Positions 53,006-63,657 of a stretch of 64,000 bases of DNA are shown here, one piece after another. The position numbers and the translations under genes were made by a program. The first letter of the stretch is position 1. Each line of letters starts with the position of its first letter. A model generated the notes under the pieces. The model was given only the letters and a program-made list of their open reading frames with translations, searched no databases and had not been told where the DNA came from. Source of the stretch: an uncultured delta proteobacterium (GTDB lineage Bacteria > Desulfobacterota > Syntrophia > Syntrophales > UBA2185); NCBI GenBank assembly GCA_963729715.1, contig CAVSPA010000004.1, forward strand, positions 224,001 to 288,000, in the 5' to 3' direction.

Positions 53006-54865
53006 ATGAGCAAGAAATTACGAGTATTAATCCTTGAAGATGTCCCTACGGATGCGGAGTTGATGATAGAGGAGCTCGCGGATGCAGGCATGACGTTTGT
53101 TTCGAAGCGTGTCGTCACGAAGGCGTCCTTTGTCAATGCGATTGCTGATTTTTACCCGGACATTATTCTTTCCGATTATTCTCTGCCCTCATTTGACGGT
53201 CTTGCGGCCTTGAAGATCGCGAGGGAGAGATGTCCAGATGTGCCTTTTGTTTTTGTTTCGGGAGCGCTGGGCGAGGAGATGGCGATTGACCTTCTCAAGA
53301 AGGGTGCTACGGACTATGTTCTGAAGAACAGGTTATCGCGTTTGGAGCCGGCGGTATCGCGCGCGTTGCATGAGGTTGAGGAACGGCGCGAGCGAGAGCG
53401 TGCGGAGCATGCGCTGAAGGAATCGGAGGTCAGGTACCGGACGATATTTGAGAACACGGGGACGGCGACGGTGATCGTTGATGAAGATGCGACTATAGTT
53501 TTGGCGAACAGGCAGTTTGAGAGGTTGACGGGTTTTTCCCGGTCGGAGATCGAGGGGAAGAAGAAGTGGACGGAATTCGTGCTTGAGGATGATCTTCCGA
53601 AGTTGAAGCTCCTCTCGCGCGCGGTGGGCAAGCATTCCCGGACGCCCTCTGACGGCTGTGAATTCCGGATTGCTGACAGTAGCGGTGATATCCTCTATGT
53701 CCTGGCGAATGTGGCGATTATACCTTCTACAAAGAGAACCGTTATGTCTCTTCTTGACATTTCGAAGCTCAAGAAAGCCGAACGCGAGAGACGTGAAGCA
53801 TCGCTCTATGCCCGAAGTCTGATCGAGGCGGGCATTGATCCACTGATTACTATTAACGCTGATGGGAAGATCATGGATGTAAACAGTGCGGCTGAGGCTA
53901 CGACTGGTGTACCGCGCTTCGATCTTATCGGCAGCGACTTTGCGGATTATTTTACCGAGCCCGAAAAGGCTCAAGAAGTTTATCACGAGGTCTTCTCAAA
54001 GGGCGTTGTCCGCGATTACAGATTAGCGGTCCGGCATGTTTCCGGACGAGTGACGGAAGTACTTTACAACGCATCATTGTACCGTAGTGAGTCGGGAGAT
54101 ATACAGGGTGTGTTAGCTGTCGCGCGCGATATCACGGAGCGCGTGGAAGCTGAAAAAAAGATCTTGGCCAGCAATGAAATGTTGAGATCGCTGACCACTG
54201 AACTCGTGATGACGGAGGAGCGCGAACGGAGGCGCATCGCTGTCGATCTCCATGACAATATCGGGCAAACGCTGGCCCTTACAAAGATTAAAGTTGACTC
54301 TGTCATGGGTCAGACATCGACGGACGCACTAAGAAAACCGCTGACGGAGATCGGGGATATGATCGATGAGTCCATTCAGCAAACCAGATCTCTTATGACA
54401 GACCTGAGCCCACCGGTCCTCTATGAATTGGGTCTGACCGCTGCCATCCAGTGGCTTTGCGAACAAATCCAGGCCCAACACAATCTCCAGATACTCCTCA
54501 TGAATGATTTTAAAATCCAGAAAGTGGAAGAAGAAATACAGCTCTTGCTGTTCAGAGCGACGAAGGAACTGCTCACGAATATTGTCAAACATGCCGGAGC
54601 AAAACAAGCTCATGTGATGATTCAGAATCTCGGTAATAGGATCCGGATAACCGTCACAGATGACGGGATCGGCTTTGATGTCTCAGGGATCGGACAGGTG
54701 GCCAAACGTTCCGGAGGTTTTGGCCTGCTCAGCATTCACGAAAGGCTTAAATATCTCGGAGGTCTTTTTGAAATTGAGACGAAAAAGGGAATCGGTACCC
54801 GCATTTCACTCGTGGCGCCGCGAAGAAGGAAAAATAGAAAAGGGGGAATAAGACATGAGCATTAG
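53006..54865 (+). CDS. Cytoplasmic sensor histidine kinase (REC-PAS-PAS-HisKA_3-HATPase)
   Basis: N-terminal receiver (ILED, SDY), two PAS domains, ERRRIAVDLHD, ELLTNIVKHA, DDGIGF, GFGL. Confidence 0.92.
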   Translation: MSKKLRVLILEDVPTDAELMIEELADAGMTFVSKRVVTKASFVNAIADFYPDIILSDYSLPSFDGLAALKIARERCPDVPFVFVSGALGEEMAIDLLKKGATDYVLKNRLSRLEPAVSRALHEVEERRERERAEHALKESEVRYRTIFENTGTATVIVDEDATIVLANRQFERLTGFSRSEIEGKKKWTEFVLEDDLPKLKLLSRAVGKHSRTPSDGCEFRIADSSGDILYVLANVAIIPSTKRTVMSLLDISKLKKAERERREASLYARSLIEAGIDPLITINADGKIMDVNSAAEATTGVPRFDLIGSDFADYFTEPEKAQEVYHEVFSKGVVRDYRLAVRHVSGRVTEVLYNASLYRSESGDIQGVLAVARDITERVEAEKKILASNEMLRSLTTELVMTEERERRRIAVDLHDNIGQTLALTKIKVDSVMGQTSTDALRKPLTEIGDMIDESIQQTRSLMTDLSPPVLYELGLTAAIQWLCEQIQAQHNLQILLMNDFKIQKVEEEIQLLLFRATKELLTNIVKHAGAKQAHVMIQNLGNRIRITVTDDGIGFDVSGIGQVAKRSGGFGLLSIHERLKYLGGLFEIETKKGIGTRISLVAPRRRKNRKGGIRHEH

Positions 54866-55508
54866 GGTTCTTCTTGCCGATGATCACAAAATTTTTCGAG
54901 ACGGCCTGCGCACTTTGATCGAAAAGGAAGACGGGATGGAGGTTATTGCTGAAGCGGAAAACGGCAGAAAAACAGTCAAGATTGCGGAGAAGCTGGCGCC
55001 CAACGTGGTTATCATGGACGTCACCATGCCTGACATGAATGGCATAGAGGCCACAAGAAAGATCGTAGCCTCCGCATCAAACACAAAAGTGATTGCCTTG
55101 TCGATGCATTCGGACCGCCGTTTCGTTATCGGCATGCTGGAAGCCGGTGCATCTGGCTACCTCTTGAAGGATTGTGCTTTTGGCGAGCTTGCCGGCGCAA
55201 TTCGGCAGGTCAGCTCAGGAAACACTTATCTGAGTCCGAGGATTGCGGATGTTGTTGTGAAAGCGTATCTGAACAAAGCGCCTAATTCTTCCTTGATAAC
55301 ACGAACGGTACTTACTTCACGGGAGAGAGAGATTCTGCAATTGCTTGCTGAGGGCCTCTCAGCCAAAGAGATTGCTGCACATTTGAATTTGAGCATCAAG
55401 ACTGTCGAGACGCATAGGCGTAATATCATGGAGAAACTCAATATTCACACCATCGCCGAGCTGACTAAATACGCTATTCGTGAAGGACTGGTTGCCCTCG
55501 AAACCTAG
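54855..55508 (+). CDS. NarL/LuxR-family response regulator
   Basis: ADDH, MDVTMP, LTSREREIL...KTVETHR. Confidence 0.95.
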   Translation: MSIRVLLADDHKIFRDGLRTLIEKEDGMEVIAEAENGRKTVKIAEKLAPNVVIMDVTMPDMNGIEATRKIVASASNTKVIALSMHSDRRFVIGMLEAGASGYLLKDCAFGELAGAIRQVSSGNTYLSPRIADVVVKAYLNKAPNSSLITRTVLTSREREILQLLAEGLSAKEIAAHLNLSIKTVETHRRNIMEKLNIHTIAELTKYAIREGLVALET

Positions 55509-55734
55509 CCGAGTTCACCGGGCTGTGTATACGCCTGAAGCCGCTGCAAGGTTCGGTATAAGGACAGTTGTTGTTTGCGCTAAGTGTTCTGCAAAAATCT
55601 CATATATTTGCCCGCCTATTTCCCTTGAGCGGTGTTCTTTGTCCCCTCCCTGAATTTGATACACAGAAAAAACCCTTGCAAATCAAGCCGCGATGTTTTA
55701 GTAAACGGCCACATTTCTATATAGGAGATCAAAT

Positions 55735-55932
55735 ATGTCGAGAATTTGTGAGGTATGTGGGAAAAAGCCCGTTGTCGGTCACAACGTAAGCCATGCCAAT
55801 AATAAGACGAAAAGGACGTGGTATCCGAACCTTCAGAAACTCCGCTGTGTGGACAAGAAAACGGGTGCAATAAAGCGTACAAAAGTTTGTGCGAGATGTA
55901 TTCGTTCCGGTTTCGTGAAAAAAGCCCTGTAG
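55735..55932 (+). CDS. rpmB: 50S ribosomal protein L28
   Basis: [43 protein letters not shown]. Confidence 0.97.
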   Translation: MSRICEVCGKKPVVGHNVSHANNKTKRTWYPNLQKLRCVDKKTGAIKRTKVCARCIRSGFVKKAL

Positions 55933-56202
55933 CGGATGTGTTAAACTTGACGGCTCTCGTCGCCGAAAATATCGGGTACAGAAAACCTATTTAATCTTTT
56001 ACGGGAGCCTTTCTCTGACGTATCTGTCAATCTCTCTTTTGACTTTCGACAACAAACGTTTTTTGTCCAGAATCCACGCCGCCTTGCACACGGCGTGCTT
56101 CGAAATCCTTCCCTAAAAGGTCTCAAGTTAATTAGCGTCGTCAGGTTTGGGGCTGAATACGATTGCTTCGACGCCGTGATCTTGTCAGGGATTATTCTTT
56201 CC

Positions 56203-56230
56203 TTGACATAGTGACCTATATTGATATGAT
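56203..56230 (+). promoter_or_regulatory. sigma70-type promoter for recJ
   Basis: TTGACA, 16-nt spacer, TATGAT. Confidence 0.55.
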
Positions 56231-56283
56231 CTAAAAAATTATTTTAATACATGTAACAGAATGGATGTGCGACTGCAATCGTT

Positions 56284-58023
56284 ATGAAGGCAGCAACTTT
56301 ACCTACTACACAGTGGCGGCTATCGGAAGGCGATAGGGACATACAGGATATGCTGGCCAAGGAATTGCGGATTCACCGCATCGTCTCTCGAATATTAACG
56401 AGCCGCCGGATACTGACGCCCGACGACGCCAACAGATACCTCTATCCTTCCTTGAATAATCTGCATAATCCTCTCTTAATGAAGGACATGCAAAGGGGCG
56501 TTCAGCGGTTGATCCGGGCGATCAACGATCGCGAGAAGGTGGTTGTTTACGGCGACTACGATGCCGACGGCGTAACGTCAGTGGCTGTGCTCGTTAAATT
56601 CCTCCTTGATATCAATCATACGGTTACATATTACATCCCTGATCGTATTAAGGAAGGATACGGTTTAAACCGACCTGCAATTGACAGGATGACAGCGGAC
56701 GGAGCCACGCTGCTTATTACCGTCGATTGCGGCATGTCGGATCATGAGCAGATATCCTATGCACGCTCCTGTGGTATAGACACTATTGTATTGGATCACC
56801 ATGAAGTTCCCCAGAATCTCCCCCACGCCGTGGCAATAATCAATCAGAATCGTAAGGACTGCAATTTCCCCTTCAAGGGTCTTGCTGCTGTCGGCATAGT
56901 TTTTAATTTTCTCATTGCTCTCAGAGGAGGACTACGGAAAGACGGCTTTTGGGAAAACAAGAAATGTCCGAATCTGCGGGAATACCTCGACCTTGTGGCC
57001 CTGGGAACCATCGGCGATATCTGTCCCCTTGTGGACGAGAACAGGATATTTGCAAAAATCGGTCTCGACTTGATCACGGACTGCAAGAGGGTGGGGTTGC
57101 GGGCCTTAAAAGAAATTTGCGGCGTAGAAAATCAGGTCATAGACTCCGGCAAGGCTTCCTTCTGCCTGATTCCGAGGATTAATGCCGCGGGCCGCGTTGC
57201 ATCTGCAAATGACGCTGTCCGGCTTCTCTTGACCGAAAACATCGAGGAGGCGAGGTTAATCGCTCAGGATCTTGAGATCTACAACCGGAAGCGGCAGGCC
57301 ATGGAAAAGAATATACTAAACGAAATACTTGACGAAATTGAGCGTACGATAGATCCGGAAAAAGTCAGATCGCTTGTGTTTGCGTCAGAGAAGTGGCATC
57401 CGGGAGTCATTGGCATAGTGGCTTCAAAACTTGTGGACCGGTATTACAGACCCACTATCTTGATAAGTCTCAAAGACGGCATCGGCAAGGGTTCCGGAAG
57501 AAGTGTGGCCGATTTTAACATATATGAGGGCTTGAAAGAATGTGATTCTTTATTGTTGTCTTATGGAGGACACAGGTACGCGGCGGGGATATCTATAAGG
57601 GAAGAAGACATCAAAGAATTCTCCGGCATGCTCGAAGAGGTCATCGGCAAGGAGATTGACGTTTCTGATTTTGTTTCTCAAACCAACATTGATGCCATCT
57701 GCAGTCTCAGTGAAATAACCCACGAGCTCATATCGCAGATCGGGAGACTTGCTCCCTTCGGCAGCGGTAACCCTGAACCGGTCCTGTGTGTGAGAAATAT
57801 CAATGTCACCTCGCAGTCGGTGGTAGGCAATAACCACTTATGCATGCGTCTCACTGGTGACGGCATGTCATACAATTCCATCTGGTTCAACAAGGGTCAT
57901 TTTATCAATTTTCTTTCCGGGCCTGCGATCGATATCGCCTTCACGCCTCATATCAATAGCTGGAACGGTGTTTATGATATACAGCTCAAGATGAAAGATA
58001 TGTCAGTGCCCGCCAATCATTAA
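56284..58023 (+). CDS. recJ: Single-stranded DNA exonuclease RecJ
   Basis: GDYDADG, TVDCG, DHH, PRINAAGR, GSGRS, GGHRYAAG, PFGSGNP. Confidence 0.97.
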   Translation: MKAATLPTTQWRLSEGDRDIQDMLAKELRIHRIVSRILTSRRILTPDDANRYLYPSLNNLHNPLLMKDMQRGVQRLIRAINDREKVVVYGDYDADGVTSVAVLVKFLLDINHTVTYYIPDRIKEGYGLNRPAIDRMTADGATLLITVDCGMSDHEQISYARSCGIDTIVLDHHEVPQNLPHAVAIINQNRKDCNFPFKGLAAVGIVFNFLIALRGGLRKDGFWENKKCPNLREYLDLVALGTIGDICPLVDENRIFAKIGLDLITDCKRVGLRALKEICGVENQVIDSGKASFCLIPRINAAGRVASANDAVRLLLTENIEEARLIAQDLEIYNRKRQAMEKNILNEILDEIERTIDPEKVRSLVFASEKWHPGVIGIVASKLVDRYYRPTILISLKDGIGKGSGRSVADFNIYEGLKECDSLLLSYGGHRYAAGISIREEDIKEFSGMLEEVIGKEIDVSDFVSQTNIDAICSLSEITHELISQIGRLAPFGSGNPEPVLCVRNINVTSQSVVGNNHLCMRLTGDGMSYNSIWFNKGHFINFLSGPAIDIAFTPHINSWNGVYDIQLKMKDMSVPANH

Positions 58024-58078
58024 GAAGGCATACATCCCTTCATATTGATCCCTCCATTAAAAGGAAGTTCCTATCAAC

Positions 58079-58882
58079 CTATAGCCATCTTTTCCGACGG
58101 CGATATGACTTAACGTCGTTATATGATTTCAGAGTCCCTTCGGCACCCATGCCCAGGTAAAATTCTTTTATATCGGGATTCTCGACAAGATTCTTTGCAG
58201 CATCTTCCATCACTATCTTGCCGTTTTCCATTACATACCCGTAATCCGAAATTTGCAGGGCCATATTGGCGTTCTGCTCCACGAGGACAATGCTCGTCCC
58301 CTGTTCTGCGTTTATCTTTTTGATAATCTCGAATATCTCTTTGACGATCATGGGAGCAAGCCCGAGTGACGGTTCATCCAGGAGCAAGAGGGCGGGATGG
58401 GCCATCAACGCCCTTCCCATGACTATCATCTGGAGCTCTCCTCCGCTGCAGTACCCTGCGAGCATCTTTCTCCGTTTCACTATGCCGGGAAAATAGTTAT
58501 AAACCATTTCCAGATCCTTCTTATATGGCTTCCGCCAGCGGATAGCTGTCCCGACAATAAGATTTTCCTCCACAGTCAGATATTTGAAGGGCTGGCGTCC
58601 TTCGAGAACCTGAATTATTCCTTTACGCGTGATCACCTCCGGAGCGTGATTCTGGATAGGTTGTCCATCGTACGTTATTGTTCCATCCGTCACCTTGCCG
58701 TTCTCAGGCTTGAGCAATCCCGAGATGGCTTTCAGCGTCGTCGTCTTGCCTGCGCCGTTGCTCCCGATAAGCGACGTGATGGATTTTCTCTTAACGACGA
58801 GAGACACGCCCTTGAGTACCTGGATTACGTCCGAATAAACAACGGATATATTATTGATCTCAAGAATAGTACTGTCAGTCAT
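58079..58882 (-). CDS. Liv-type ABC transporter ATP-binding protein (LivF-like)
   Basis: GSNGAGKTT, SGGELQM, LDEPSLGL, EQNA. Confidence 0.92.
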   Translation of the reverse strand: MTDSTILEINNISVVYSDVIQVLKGVSLVVKRKSITSLIGSNGAGKTTTLKAISGLLKPENGKVTDGTITYDGQPIQNHAPEVITRKGIIQVLEGRQPFKYLTVEENLIVGTAIRWRKPYKKDLEMVYNYFPGIVKRRKMLAGYCSGGELQMIVMGRALMAHPALLLLDEPSLGLAPMIVKEIFEIIKKINAEQGTSIVLVEQNANMALQISDYGYVMENGKIVMEDAAKNLVENPDIKEFYLGMGAEGTLKSYNDVKSYRRRKRWL

Positions 58883-58893
58883 TTGAGAATGCC

Positions 58894-59964
58894 TCAATAG
58901 GCGAAAGGCCATAGTTTAAAGTTGGAACGAATGATGCGCCACACCTCAGCAAGGCCTCGCGGTTCGAAGAGAATAAAGAGAACTATGGATGTGCCAAAAA
59001 AGAATTCTCTTAGAGGAGCGATATTCAAACCGGATTCCGTGAGCACTCCTATGTTCATCATAACGCCCGTGAGCCACCGCAACAGTTCATTTAAAAATGT
59101 TATAAAGACTGCGCCGTATATGGAGCCTGAGATACTTCCCAAGCCTCCAATGATTACCATAGCTATGTATTCAACGGAAAGGCCCAGGGTGAACGGTTCA
59201 GACGTGATACTGACCATATAATAAGCCCATATGGCGCCGGCAAAACCGGCATAAAAAGAACTGATTCCAAAAGAAAGGAGCTTATATCTGAAGAGAGGAA
59301 TACCCATGCCTTCTGCGGCCCTGTCGTTATCGCGAATAGCGATGAAGGCCCTGCCATACTTCGTCCGTATGAGATTGACTGCGAACCATATCATGACCAT
59401 GAGGCAGCAGAATATCAGAAAAAAGAAACTACGATCACTCTCCAATTCGACTCCGAAAATATTCGGCCGCGGCAGGGTTATCCCCATAGTGCCCTTCGTA
59501 AGGGTTTCCCAGTGGACTAAGGCATATTCGATGATGATTTGGCCTGCGAGCGTTGCAATTGTGAGATAGAGGCCCTTGAGGCGACCCGAAGGAATGCCGA
59601 ATATCATGCCTACCATAGCCGAGACCAAGCCCGCCACGGGCAGGGTAATGAGAAAGGGCATGTTTACCGACGTGGCCAGTATCGCGGCGGCGTAAGCCCC
59701 GACTCCTATGAAAGCCCCGTGGCCGAGAGATATCTGTCCCGCATATCCGATGAGGATATTCAGCCCTATCGCCGCGATGGACGCTATCCCCACCATGTTC
59801 AGAACATGGAGAAAGTACGGACTGACAATATAGGGCAAAACAACAAAGAGGAAGAACATGCCTATCCCCGTCCACAGCCTGCCAAAGTCTGTTTCAAAGA
59901 TGGTAATTTCCTGTTCATATCGCTCTTTATAATTGCCGCAAGTGTGGAAGTTCATTTTTTTCAT
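58894..59964 (-). CDS. Liv-type ABC transporter permease (LivM-like)
   Basis: GYAGQISLGH, GLYLTIATLA, GRAFIAIRD, EPRGL. Confidence 0.92.
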   Translation of the reverse strand: MKKMNFHTCGNYKERYEQEITIFETDFGRLWTGIGMFFLFVVLPYIVSPYFLHVLNMVGIASIAAIGLNILIGYAGQISLGHGAFIGVGAYAAAILATSVNMPFLITLPVAGLVSAMVGMIFGIPSGRLKGLYLTIATLAGQIIIEYALVHWETLTKGTMGITLPRPNIFGVELESDRSFFFLIFCCLMVMIWFAVNLIRTKYGRAFIAIRDNDRAAEGMGIPLFRYKLLSFGISSFYAGFAGAIWAYYMVSITSEPFTLGLSVEYIAMVIIGGLGSISGSIYGAVFITFLNELLRWLTGVMMNIGVLTESGLNIAPLREFFFGTSIVLFILFEPRGLAEVWRIIRSNFKLWPFAY

Positions 59965-59971
59965 TGCCGCC

Positions 59972-60850
59972 TCACACCCTTTCAATTTCTGCGAGACCGA
60001 AAAGGCCATACGGCTTCACCATAAGTATGACCACGAGGATCACGTACGGCACAACGTCGCTTAGCGATGGTGAAATGTAGCCGCCGGTGAAGGTTTCCAG
60101 AAGTCCAATGATAATACCCCCGATGATAGCCCCGCCGATGCTGTCCAATCCGCCGAGAATGACGACGGGGAACACTTTCAGGCCGATGGCGCTGAGGTCA
60201 TGGACGTTAATGCCGTTTATGATGCCCAGAACTATGCCGCTCATACCGGCCACAAGCGCGGCAATGGCCCAGGATAAAGCAAACACCCTTTGCACATGTA
60301 CACCCAGCGAAAGGGCCGCCTTTTGATTGTCGGCGACGGACCTCATGAATATTCCCTGCGATGAGTACTTAAAAAATAATCCGAAGAGAATGAGAAACAT
60401 TATCCCGATTATGAGGGCAGCCGTATAGACAGGCGGTATGTTAATCACGTGCCACTCTATACCGAGGAATTCGGGCAGAAAATCGGGATAGGTCTGCAGA
60501 TTGCCTCCCCAAAAGAGAAGCATGAGGCCTTTAAACATCGACGCCAGTCCCACTGTCAGCATTATTACGTAGATCAGGGGTTCGCCGATAAGGGGACGCA
60601 GGAAGAAGCGCTCTATGATGAATCCGAGGATAAAGCATGCGGCAAGGGTTACCAGGAAAGCGACAACTACCGGCAATTTCACCCATGTTACCATGGCGAG
60701 AAAGAAGAAAGCTCCGAAAGCAAGCAATTCGCCGTGGGCAAAATTGAGGACGCTTGAGGATTTGAATATCATAACAAAACCCATGGCAGACAGGCCATAT
60801 AGGAATCCTATACTTATGCCGTTTATGAAGAGTTGAAGAAAAAAATTCAT
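59972..60850 (-). CDS. Liv-type ABC transporter permease (LivH-like)
   Basis: LNFAHGE, MRSVAD, ILGGLDS, KPYGLFG. Confidence 0.92.
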   Translation of the reverse strand: MNFFLQLFINGISIGFLYGLSAMGFVMIFKSSSVLNFAHGELLAFGAFFFLAMVTWVKLPVVVAFLVTLAACFILGFIIERFFLRPLIGEPLIYVIMLTVGLASMFKGLMLLFWGGNLQTYPDFLPEFLGIEWHVINIPPVYTAALIIGIMFLILFGLFFKYSSQGIFMRSVADNQKAALSLGVHVQRVFALSWAIAALVAGMSGIVLGIINGINVHDLSAIGLKVFPVVILGGLDSIGGAIIGGIIIGLLETFTGGYISPSLSDVVPYVILVVILMVKPYGLFGLAEIERV

Positions 60851-60860
60851 ACACTATCCC

Positions 60861-62810
60861 TCAGTTGAGATTAATAACTCTGACCCGCGTTTCAATTTCA
60901 CCAACCTGACCGTCCCGATACTGGATTTTTGTTTTGACATCAACCTCATCCCTGCCCGCATACATGGCCTCAATAAGCTGGAGATACAGGCCATAAATGA
61001 ATCTCCTTCGAACTTTTCCCGTTCTCGTCAGCTCTTCATCATCGGCGTCGAGGAGCTTATAGAGCAATATGAACTTGCGAACCTTCATGAGGTCCGGCAG
61101 GTTGCTATTCACCTTTCTCACCTCGTTAAGTATCAGTTCCTCAACCGCTGTCTGTTGCGAGAGGTCTATATATGTTGTGTATGGAATCATGCGCTCCTCA
61201 GCCCAATTCCCGACATTACCCATGTCTATATTGATGAGTGCAGTGATGTAAGGGCGCCCCTCGCCGAACATCACCGCTTCCTTGATATACGGACTGAACT
61301 TGAGACGCGTCTCTATGAAGTCCGGTGAAAACGCCGCCCCTTCCTTATTCTTTATAATGTCTCCTTTACGGCCGATGATCACAAGATGACCCTCTTTGTC
61401 TATGTAACCGGCGTCGCCGGTTCTGAGCCAGCCGCTGCTAAAGGCCTCTTCCGTAGCTTTAAAATCGTTATGGTAGCCGACAAAGTTTGAATCGCTCTGT
61501 ACAAGCACCTCCTGATCATCTGCAATCTTAACCAGGGTTCTCGGCAAGGGTTTCCCCACAGACTCGAGCTTGATTTCGCAATCGGGCTGGACCTGGAATA
61601 TCCCCCCTGCCTCGGTCAGGCCGTAACACTGCTTGAGATTCAAGCCGATTGCACGGAAAAAATGGATCACATCGGGACTGATGGGATGACCGCCCGTGAA
61701 GGCGCTCTTGAAACCTGCACATCCGACTCTATCAAGCAACGGCCGGTATATTCCCAATGCTGCGATACGAAGAAGAAAATTTAGATGACCGGGAACCGCC
61801 TCTCCTTTCGATTGCAGCTCGACAGCCTTCTTTCCGATTTCCACCGACATAGAGAAAAGCTTACGCCTGAGAAATCCGGCATCGTCCATTTTCACCATAA
61901 TGCGCGAAGCGAGATCTTCCCAGAATCGGGACGATGTGATGATGATCGAGGGGCCTATCTCGCGAAAGTCTTCGTCTATCGTCTCCGGCATTTCCGGGAA
62001 ATTTACTGCCATGCCCCCCAGGAGTGCCACTCCGACCCCGCACATCTGGTCAACAATCCAGGCTGGCGGAGATATTGAGATCCAGTTGTCGCCGGAAGTG
62101 ATGGGTAAGGATTCTATCCAATTCCTTGCCATTTCTATGATATTGCGATGCGACAGCATGGCGAGTTTGGAAATGCCCGTGGTGCCGGACGTCTGAATCA
62201 TAATTGCTACATTATCGCGTCTGCCCTTCTGCAATTCCCTGAGGAATAGATCCGGATTTTCACAGTCAATCTTTTCGCCCATCTCCAATAGATCGGAAAA
62301 ACTCACAAGCCATGGATTATCCCTGTATGCTCTCATACCCGTGGGATCTATGTAGATGACTCGGCGAACGTGAGACAGTCGTTCACGCGTCTCAATCAGC
62401 TTATCGACCTGTTCCTGGTTTTCCGCGATAACGTAAGCCGCCTTAATGCGGCTGAGGGCATGACATAATTCTTCGGGCACGGAAGAGGTAAATAGATTAA
62501 GCGACACCCCACCGACGGACTGGCAACCGATTTCAGAAAAGAGCCATTCCGGGATATTGTTCGTGACTATGCCGATGTTTTCCCCTCTTTTCAGCCCGAT
62601 GTTGTTCAAGCCGAGGCCTGTGTGTTTCATATAGCGGTAGTAATCGAGCCAGCTATAGGTCTGCCAAATGCCGTACGCCTTTTCTCGAATAGCCGTCGCT
62701 TTGGAGCCAAGCCGCTCCGCTTGTCTCATCAGAATCCGTGGCAGCGTATACGGGGTTACGGTTGCCCACTCTGTATCTTCCGCCTGCTTTCTATTTACCA
62801 CCGCACACAC
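60861..62810 (-). CDS. Long-chain acyl-CoA synthetase-like AMP-binding protein
   Basis: TSGTTGISK, YGLTE, LRTGDAG, IGRK, ELTRTGKVRR. Confidence 0.9.
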   Translation of the reverse strand: MCAVVNRKQAEDTEWATVTPYTLPRILMRQAERLGSKATAIREKAYGIWQTYSWLDYYRYMKHTGLGLNNIGLKRGENIGIVTNNIPEWLFSEIGCQSVGGVSLNLFTSSVPEELCHALSRIKAAYVIAENQEQVDKLIETRERLSHVRRVIYIDPTGMRAYRDNPWLVSFSDLLEMGEKIDCENPDLFLRELQKGRRDNVAIMIQTSGTTGISKLAMLSHRNIIEMARNWIESLPITSGDNWISISPPAWIVDQMCGVGVALLGGMAVNFPEMPETIDEDFREIGPSIIITSSRFWEDLASRIMVKMDDAGFLRRKLFSMSVEIGKKAVELQSKGEAVPGHLNFLLRIAALGIYRPLLDRVGCAGFKSAFTGGHPISPDVIHFFRAIGLNLKQCYGLTEAGGIFQVQPDCEIKLESVGKPLPRTLVKIADDQEVLVQSDSNFVGYHNDFKATEEAFSSGWLRTGDAGYIDKEGHLVIIGRKGDIIKNKEGAAFSPDFIETRLKFSPYIKEAVMFGEGRPYITALINIDMGNVGNWAEERMIPYTTYIDLSQQTAVEELILNEVRKVNSNLPDLMKVRKFILLYKLLDADDEELTRTGKVRRRFIYGLYLQLIEAMYAGRDEVDVKTKIQYRDGQVGEIETRVRVINLN

Positions 62811-62816
62811 CTTCTT

Positions 62817-63644
62817 CTATGCACTCGCAGAATCGCCGAGATATGCCTTGATGACTTCCGGATGTTTACGAATCTCATGCGGGTCCCCCTCGGCAAGCTT
62901 CTCCCCGAAGTTCAAGACCACAATCCGCTCGGAGATGCTCATGACTACGGACATATCATGTTCCACGAGAACCATCGTTTGGCCCCATGCGCGGTTCATC
63001 TCTGTCAGGAAGCGCACCATGTCTTCCTTTTCTTCGAGGTTCATTCCCGCGAATGGTTCATCCAATATCAATAGTGCGGGTTCCAAGGCCAGTGCCCGAC
63101 CGAGTTCGACTCTCTTCATCAAACCGTAGGGCAATGACCCCACCCTCTTCTTTCTGATGGCCTGGATCTCGAGGAAATCTACCAGCTCTTCGATGACACG
63201 TCGTTGATGGACCTCTTCCTTCCGTACGGATGGTGAAAAAATACTGGCGCCCGCAATTCCATACTTACAGTGATTGTGGCGCGCAAGAAGCATATTCGAT
63301 AGAACAGTCATGCCCGGAAAGAGCTCGATGTTTTGAAAGGTCCTGCCAATTCCTATGCGGACAAGATGATGAGGGGAAAGATTTGTTATGTCCTTCCCGT
63401 TAAATACGATGCGGCCCTCTTGCGGCCTGTAAAAGCCGGTCATGCAATTCAACAGGCTCGTCTTTCCGGCGCCATTCGGCCCGATAACGGCCACCAACTC
63501 TCCCGTACGCACGGACATATCAACGTCATTGAGCGCCTTGACGCCGCCGAAGCTTAAGGAAAGGTTTCTTACCTCAAGCTCTGCAGCCTTCTCAACCGGA
63601 CTTCTTGATGCGAATATAGCAGGTTTTCCTCGATATGCTTTCAT
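62817..63644 (-). CDS. Liv-type ABC transporter ATP-binding protein (LivG-like)
   Basis: GPNGAGKT, RTFQN, LPYG, LDEP, EHDM, AYLG. Confidence 0.93.
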   Translation of the reverse strand: MKAYRGKPAIFASRSPVEKAAELEVRNLSLSFGGVKALNDVDMSVRTGELVAVIGPNGAGKTSLLNCMTGFYRPQEGRIVFNGKDITNLSPHHLVRIGIGRTFQNIELFPGMTVLSNMLLARHNHCKYGIAGASIFSPSVRKEEVHQRRVIEELVDFLEIQAIRKKRVGSLPYGLMKRVELGRALALEPALLILDEPFAGMNLEEKEDMVRFLTEMNRAWGQTMVLVEHDMSVVMSISERIVVLNFGEKLAEGDPHEIRKHPEVIKAYLGDSASA

Positions 63645-63657
63645 AAATCCAAAGTTG